DNA of 37,692 nucleotides from Collodictyon triciliatum (taxonomy: Eukaryota), in contig JBHJMP010000869.1 of NCBI GenBank assembly GCA_043381765.1, forward strand, positions 1 through 37,692, in the 5' to 3' direction. Made by a program: the position numbers and the translations under genes. Below, piece by piece: positions 29,606 through 37,692 of the stretch. Under the pieces are notes generated by a model. The model worked only from the letters and a program-made list of their open reading frames with translations, searched no databases and had not been told where the DNA came from. Position 1 is the stretch's first letter, and each line of letters starts with the position of its first letter.

Positions 29606-32600
29606 CTGGATAAAAATCCAATAAATAAATAAATTATGATTTATTCAAGGGGTTTTCGTTTTAATCCATAAAATGGGGATTTTTTTAAAATTAAAAACAA
29701 ATGAATTACCTTTGAAGTTCAAAATTCGTTCTTGCGACATTCTCTAAAGCGTCTGAATAGCAGGCATGTTTTTCTCCTAAGGTGTTCTTACTTATTTCCA
29801 GCGCTTTGCAATAAGCGTTTAAAGAGGCTTCATAGCTAAGGTGATTTTGTTAAATTTTTTGAGGTGATGAATAAAATTTTTTAATCTTCCTTTCACTTTT
29901 GAGGTATTCAAATTAATATTCGATTTGAGATTCAAGAAATCAAAAATATAGCTTGCATATTAATTTGATTTAAATTAAAAAATTTAAAAAATTATTGAAG
30001 TTTACTTTTTAATTCCAAAATTAATGTCCCCAATCATCCCATAGCAATTTAAAACATTTAAATGCTCCTCACCATTTTCAGAGATAAAGTCATCAAGATA
30101 CTTATCTAGTAAAGCCATCGCCTCTAATTTCCTATATAAAATTTTGATGAGATTGCATAAAATAAAAAATAATGGAGGAATTTTTTTCATAAATTCAAAT
30201 TTTTTCCGCTGATTCGATTCAAAGTTATGAACTCAAAAATGTACTTTTCACATCTCAGGTACACGGCCACTATCAATTGGATTGCTGGATATAATAATTC
30301 GTGTTTGCTCCCCAAAGTGTTTTCAAGAATTATCCTTGATTGATCAAAGTTGGAAAGAGCCTCCGTGTAGCTACGCGGATAAATCAATGATTTTTTATTC
30401 TTCCTTTCAATTTGCGAGGGTTGAAATAATTATAAGATAAAATGCATCGACATTTAGATAATTCTCTGATCAAAATATTGCTTACTTTTTCAGTGTCATC
30501 GACAAATGTCCAAATTTTCTATAGGAGTCCGCCACAAGAGGGTGCTCATTTCCACATTTATATTTACGAATGGCGATGGATTTTTTATAGTAGGATGCAG
30601 CCATGTCAGTTCTACAGAGAATATTCCGAATTAGTTCCCTGAATCTTATTTCCCTGAATCTTATTTTTAAATCTGACGTTATGAATATTACTTGGACTGC
30701 TTTAAGAATAAATCTCCAAAGTGTTCGTATGATTGAGCAACTTGTACATCATTCTCTCCAAGTTTTACAATTCTGAAATCCAAGGAAATATTATATCTTT
30801 CCAAAGCCTCATCAAATCTGCATTTAATAATGTTAATATTTTATGCATGTTGATAACAGAAAATGATAAATAGCATTTATCTGTATTTGTGATGAGCACG
30901 ATTGTGTAGGACTACATAAAATATTTCAAAATACTTCTCCTGCTGCTCGTAAATAGATCCAATGCGTTCATGAATATCAGCGATGCTCAGTATATTAGTT
31001 TCATTTTTCTCAAGAGAAAAGAGGCATCTCTCAAAATAAACAATTGATTCAGAAAATCTACAATTCATAGAAATTAAATGAAGAAATGTGAAATATTTTT
31101 TAATATTAAAATGGAACTCAAAATATTTAGCGTTACAATATTTAAAACCTTTGCAGATTCAAATAGACTCGCCCAAGGTGTAGGTAATCAAATGCCTTCG
31201 ACTCTGCTCGGCATCAGAAAGGATCAGAATTTTTACTTGATCTCATAATAAGTAAAAATTTCGCTCTTGATGTGAATGAGTTACCTTCTAATCGACTCTT
31301 TGCAAGGCGAGCATTCAGGACAGATAAGAGAAATGTATTCTCGTATGATTCTTGAAAAAAATCTACGAGCATGCCCCCCACTTTTCTTAGAGTCTTGAAT
31401 AAATTTCAATTAACCAGTTGCTTAATTCCTCAAAAGTAGCTAATTAAAGGATACGAATCGTAATAAAATCTACCTTAGCCATGGTTCCATAAGCATCTGT
31501 GTAATTTGCAACTCCTTTCTTATGAATTTCTTTCCATATATTGAAAAATTCACAGCGATGATGACCTCCAAGCATGGATATTACGACCTTGAAAGAGAAC
31601 ATCAGTGGAAAAGTAAAATAGTAATTCAAATATATATATAATTGCTACTTATATTAGACTTTTGTAACATTACATGTTCTTGTTTCAAATATTCGACAAG
31701 CAATTCAAATGATTGTCCTCTAAGCAATTGGTAGCATATCTCGGCAGCAAGCTCCTCATCCACATTTAATGTCTCTGAATACTGACTGAAAAGCCATTTT
31801 CCGTATTCCTCATGCGCTTTTACCATTTCTGCACTTTCAATGAAGTATAAATGCTCCACTGTATTTACGAGTGAAGGATGAAAGAGGATATATCTGTCGA
31901 ATAAAAAAATTAGTACAAAGTCAAAATATAACAAATTTATGAGAAGTGAATCACTAAAGCAAAAACCTTCCATTGCGAACAAAGAGGTAAACTTTAAGAT
32001 AAAAGAAGAAATCTCTCCTAATGCGATATTTTATTTTATTAGTTGAAGTATTGAAACATGTCAAGAAAGATAGAAATAATTTGATGAATTATATATTGGT
32101 ACCACTCCAGAGGTTGAAATTTAATTCCCATGATATCCTTTACGTAATTTTCCAACTCCCATTCAGTCAAGCCGATGCGAGAGACTTTGAGAACCTTCAT
32201 CGACGCAGAAACAAAATCTCTATCTGCTTATCATTTTTAATGCATTAATAAAAAACAAAGTGACATCAAGTAGTTTGTGTAATTGAAAAAAAATTTACCA
32301 CTTCCATCAAACTTGAGCTTCCAGCCCTGAAAAATTGAACTGTAGACCTCAGTCAATCCCTTAGCAGATAAAAGGGTATCCAAATATTCGTATTCATCTT
32401 TATAGAATCTGAGTGCGCAGATAGAACACAATATGGTGCGAAGATAGAGGGGACATCCTAAGACAGAATAAAAAACTATCAAAATTGAGCTGAGTTATTT
32501 TAAAGGTCTTAAAATAAACTTTACCCGTTTGCTCTATGTTTGATAGAATTAAATCTAATTGCTTCTCGTCCATTTTCTTTTCATGCAGAATGAGAAAATA

Positions 32601-35600
32601 TTCAACAATTTCCTTCACTTCGTTAACAGGGAGCTTTGTCATAGTGATGATATCTAGACCACGTTTCTTGGCGGTCTTGAAGGTTTTTAATAAAAAAAAT
32701 TTTTTTTTTAGAATTTTCTCATTTTTGAGACTTTATATTTTTATTTTCAAGTCTTTTTGTCCAATTTAAGTGTGGAAAAATTACGTTGTATGTAGTATGT
32801 GTATCGGTGGTCGAAACAATGATCAATATGTTTGATGGTGTTTCTTTTGGAAGCCAGCTCAGAAGATGAGGTGCTGGTGTTCCTTTAGACGGCTTGATTT
32901 GGTCGATAGCATCAATGAAGAAGACAAATTTCTCATTCCTATATAAATTACGGTTAATAAGTGAAAAGGTACCTTGGCCAGAAATTTCTATTGTTTTCAA
33001 TTTCTGCAAGATGGTGGTTGATGCTTGTTTCTACATAATTTTCCAAAAAAAATATATAAATGCCTGTTCGATTCTTGAATCATTCTCAATAATCCATGGA
33101 TTCCTTCCTTTTCGTAATCTGAAATAGAGTGGAATTGAGCAATGTTTTTTTATTCTATTGTTTTCAATTTTGTGCAGGATGGTGGAGATGTTGGCTTTGG
33201 TGGAATTGAACAATGTTAAAATATCATGAATAAAAAAGAATGCCCATTTTAATGATAATCTAGATGGTAACCAACCAGTGTCAAGTCTTTTTTGTCCGAC
33301 AAAACTGAACCTTTCAGTCACGAGAGTCCAAAATCGAATCGAAATACTTTAAAAATTATGTATTTAGCCAAAATTTATTTCAGATAAACAAATAGAATAT
33401 TGATGTATCTACTATTTGGATAAGGAATTTTCGAAATACTGTATGATAGAAATTGTAATTCTACCTTTCAACGTAATTGCTGTAGTTGGTGCACCCAACA
33501 AAATGGAAAAAAACGTTAAATCCAGAGTCATCTTGACTTTTTAGATCTCTCACTGCCGCGGCCAGGAGAGATGACTTTCCAATACCAGACTCGCCAGCAA
33601 GGACTATGGGATTGGAATTCTCGACATCCAGCTGGGTCATGACCTGATGTATAAATTTTATTATTGACAAAACAAAGTCAAACTTAATTAGGTACATTTT
33701 TCATTAATATATTATAAACCCATTCACTTTTTCTTTTATTGTCTTGAGATTTTCCTTTCTTCCACTGAATCCAAAGAGTTTACTCATCATGAATTGACTT
33801 TGTGCTCGGTCTTCAGAATTTTTTTTCTGAATCAATATAATATGAATGTTTTTTGTTTTTTTTCTGAATCGTTAAACATAATATGAAATTTTAAAGAACT
33901 TATAACATCATATACGAATCTAAATATTACGGGCTCAATTCCAAAATCGCGTTCAATTGAGTAGTTAATGTGGTGAACCAGATACTCTGAAAATTCGCGT
34001 GCTTCTTTGTATACGGTATGCCCATACTTGCTCTTAACTTTCTTTTTTAACTCGTTCTGTCTTTTTTCCTGGATTAATTTTTCATTGATTTAGATCAATA
34101 CAAAAGAGATAATGACTTTTTGAATTATCTGAAATAATTGAATAAATATTGAATGTCTTTTACATCCTCTTCATCTTCGACTTGGAAATTTTTCCTTTCT
34201 TTTTCACTTATGGAAGTTTTAACCGCATGTTGTTCATCGCGAACGTAGAAGAAGACACGACTACAGGCTGGTTTGTCAATCATGCACGCGTATTGAATCT
34301 AAAATATTTGATAAGTTTATTTCTTTCAAAGAAATTGCTTATTTATTGAATTATATTCACCTCATATTCGGATACACTAAGTCCAGGCATTTCATCAATG
34401 AAAGGAAAATAGCAGTTGGTCTGACTACACCACTCAACCGATATGTCCTCAATGGTGGCATCAGGCTTAGTTTTCAGCAGTTCTTGAAGGCGATCATGCT
34501 TATTTAACTCCGCTTTGCTTTGGTCGGGTATCCAACCGTAGCTAGAACCAAGGGAACACACAAAGTACGGGCATTTTTCGATTGAATCCAAACAACGGAC
34601 CAAGGTCTTTTTTAAAAGAAATCATGGTTAATATAATTGAAAAAATTGGTTATGATAGTTATTAAGGAATATTGATATTTTAACTACCAATCCCTCGTTG
34701 CTTCCCTCGAAGTTTGTTCCATGTTGCAAATCAATGAATACAACCTCCAATCCCTTCGATTTAGCAAAATTTATAATCCTAAAGAAAAGCTTAGGATATT
34801 AGAAGATTTGAAGTCTCTTCTCCCATTCTATGAAATAGTTAAAAGAAAATTGAAAAGAAGCTAACTGAGTTGCTCCGTGCTTGAAAAACTCTTTTCTCTC
34901 CTCTTCCATGTCATGAGAGCTGAAAGACAGGAAGATGCGAATAACACGCTCATGAAAAACTGTGGGTGGAAGCTTTCTCGATGTTTCGTATCTTCGTGGG
35001 GCCAAATCCCACTTCTTGAATTCTTTTCCCTTTAAGCCTTGTCGAGCAAGCTTCATCTATTTGATAATAGAATTTTTTTACAAACTTAGGCAGAATTTTA
35101 CAACGGCATTGCATCTTGTTAAATGAAAAGACTTATATTGACCTTATCAAGAAGGATGCAGGTTCTGATCAGGACAATAGAACCTTTTTCCTCCAATCCA
35201 AGACCTAAATCAATTCATATTTAAAGACTTTTTTCTTTTTGAAAAAATTAGGTATAAAAATTTGGAGCCTTGTTCTCACTTTGGAATGGAAACGGAGCAT
35301 CTGCTCTTTCGTAAAGCAACTTGGCACAATCATACCTCGAATGGCATCTTTTCTGCATTATTTGTATATTTGAGCATTGAAATATTTATTTTGATATCAG
35401 AAAAATCAAGACATAATATATGCCAACCTCGAGGAGGTCAAAATGGTCAACGCTTTTTCCGATAAGATACCAGATAATATCGTTCACCAAATCTATAAAA
35501 AAAATCAATATATAAATATTATAAATGAGATGCATATTTAAGTATCAATATCATATAGCATAACCTCGCTGCACTTTGAATCTAATAAAGGAAAAGGTAT

Positions 35601-36100
35601 GAATATCACATGGAATGCGCTTACCAGCGTAATGAAGTTCAATTCTAGTTGATTCATCGCGCACAGTCAATTTTGTAAACCAATCAACAACGAGTTTTTG
35701 ATTCTCTTCAACGAGAGCCTTTTCCTCAATAGCTTGGTCCCTAATTAAATTCCATAAATGTGAAACCGTGAAATCATTTGAATTTAGATCAATTCTGTCA
35801 AGGTGAATCAGCATTTACGAAAACAAGCGAGAATGGAAGTTTCCCAAGGGATATCCCGTGACCATCTCTATCAGCACGGTCAAGAAAAAGCCGTCCTCAA
35901 AGTCATCACAAATGTTTCTCGCCTTGAGTTCGATTTTATTCAAGTGGTGATTTACCCACTCCAGGATAGCCTATTATATTCACGAGTTTGTAAATAAGAT
36001 TCGAAGTATGGCCAAACTATAAATAAAAAATAGATTAGAAGCTGACCTCGTCAATGGTGATCAAATCAACCCCTTCGATGCTTGCTTCGATTTCGGACAT
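23551..36100 (-). CDS. Giant multidomain STAND/NLR-like protein: degenerate CH domain(s), DUF4062, NACHT/AAA_16-type NTPase, TPR array, pentapeptide repeats, 14 WD40, 15 SEL1-like repeats; ~31 exons, ~3,200 aa (estimate)
   Basis: ATG at 36100. CH-like ILEWVNHHLNK...DDFEDGFFLTVLIEMVTG. DUF4062-like RVIRIFLSFSSHDMEEER, FIDLQHG, CLDSIEKCPYFVCSLGSSYGWIP, LSVSEYEIQY. Walker A GESGIGKS (33595-33572); Walker B FVFFIDAIDQI; LSWLP; GCPLYL; SRIGLTEWEL. 42-aa TPR exons at 31057-29710 splice in frame (AG|A) to the terminal exon 29605-23551. Confidence 0.85.
23555..26625 (-). repeat. Coding tandem repeat: 15 SEL1-like units of ~65-81 aa (core YPQAxxxLxECYENGWGVEKD)
   Basis: 15 CYENG/CFENG/CYENS cores counted; 210-bp DNA periodicity at 24331/24541/24751. 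Confidence 0.92.
26960..28840 (-). repeat. Coding tandem repeat: 14 WD40 units of ~45 aa/135 bp (consensus GHxxxVxSVCxIxGPxGExWLASGSxDxTIRIWD)
   Basis: Counted from the translation; unit 8 is degenerate; 135-bp DNA periodicity at 27184/27319. Confidence 0.95.
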
Positions 36101-36465
36101 TTTTTTGCAGTTCTTTGTTTTCTGTTATACATATTAAGCACGCTGTGTATTAGTGCCCAAATGTCGTTTCTTTTCTCTTTCATAGATTCATTTTGAAAGA
36201 AACCCTCACACAAAGCACCCTTGAACATAAAATAAATGATTAATTATATTTCACCAAAAAATAACGAGATTGGGTCTTCTTTTTTTTTTTTACTCTCTGA
36301 AAATTACTATATTCTTTTTTAGTTGAAATAAAATCTACGTATTCATTTATTTCTAATTTATTTGAATGAACATTGTGCATATAAATGGTATAATCGCAAA
36401 GAGAAATACCATGTAATGAATTTGATAATGTAATATCTGTCCCAAGGAACGTGGTCTTCATGTGT

Positions 36466-36533
36466 TTTGTTGTAGTTGTTGTTTTTGTTTTTGTTTTTGT
36501 TTTTGTTTTTGTTTTTGTTTTTGTTTTTGTTTT
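36466..36533. repeat. (GTTTTT)n microsatellite
   Basis: Hexamer array upstream of the STAND gene. Confidence 0.95.
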
Positions 36534-37481
36534 CAAATCCAAAATCAGACTTCATTTAAGTCTGTAATGCGAATAAATAAATAAAAAAAAAATTGAATGC
36601 ACCCAGGTCAAAAGAACCAACATCACAACAGAGCACCGAATTATTTCAGAAGGAAAAGTGCACACAGGTTGTCTTTCATTTCTTCATGATGCCAATAGAT
36701 GAGATTTGGTCTTATTTCCAGAAGATAATATTCCCTCATGAAAGTGTCGGCACGCAAGAGGCATTTGATTTCCTTTTGGCGGCTTGCCTACCTTATAAGC
36801 TGGTGAAAATGATTGCCCTCTGAGGCGATTTCTGTTTTATATCAGACTTTGAATACTATATATGGAATTTATATATAATTACTGTAATTATTCATTTCAT
36901 GGACATTTTGAGTAAGATGTATCATTAAAATTAGTTTAATGTTGATATTTATAATATACAAAAAACATTCTGCTGGCTTGTTAATTTTGACCTCGTTGGT
37001 TTTTTACCGCATAGGGAAATGAAAATTTTGGCAATCAAAATGATTTTTGAGTCCATGTCCATTTCTGGATTATATAATAGCACAATCAATCGACACTATT
37101 CGGCACCCGTTTTTGTGTTAAAATTTCAAATAAGTGGGCTGTGTGCGCATGCCGTGCGAATTTAGAGGATTAGTGGGTCAGGGGTGGTGTCACATCCACA
37201 GAGAAATGGCGGTGATATGCAGGTGTGCCTGACGCAACACGCATAATGCTAATGCTATCGATAAGCATATCCTCTGCCGGTATTATTCAAATACATAAAA
37301 ATTTGGGTTATTTAAATGAAACAGTATATTTTAGAAGTGAGGCATGTCACGTTAGGTTTCATCAAAACAACCTGGATTTCAACAATCGCACCCGCCTACT
37401 TCGAATCGAATAATGGAACAATCATCGCTCCTTAAGAGTCCCCAGGTGGAACCATTACATATCCCCGCTAATATTACTGAA

Positions 37482-37692
<211 letters not shown>

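Noticed and set aside
35815-35817. Stop-codon reassignment (TAA = Gln)
   Set aside because: TAA and TAG terminate the other genes, and the 2014-aa ORF has no in-frame TAA/TAG.
37130-37480. Possible exons of a further + strand gene
   Set aside because: There are some splice-like signals but no recognisable product or consistent start; not supportable.

Overview
AT-rich, intron-dense nuclear DNA from a probably flagellated microbial eukaryote (standard genetic code, roughly 6-8 spliceosomal introns per kb, many microsatellites, one 444-N gap). Hand splicing gives five genes: (1) a CTLH/CRA + UBA-like protein resembling plant At5g66810 (345-3730, +); (2) a kinesin-2 motor subunit, KIF3B/FLA8-like (4313-9727, +); (3) a cysteinyl-tRNA synthetase, probably organellar type, with its 5' end in the gap (10359-14073, -); (4) a degenerate formin with no FH1 and an eroded FH2 (14660-21708, +); (5) a giant (~3,200 aa, estimated) NLR/STAND-like gene (36100-23551, -). 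Gene 5 runs CH-like, DUF4062, STAND NTPase, TPR, pentapeptide, 14xWD40, 15xSEL1-like. It is the most unusual object here: six TPRs are encoded one per exon in symmetric phase-2 exons, while the WD40 and SEL1 arrays lie in a single 6-kb intronless exon with DNA-level signs of recent repeat recombination. It is bracketed by two copies of a (TAA)n-tailed repeat, and a LINE-like zinc-finger remnant lies just downstream. All domain calls come from recognising motifs by eye; no searches were run.
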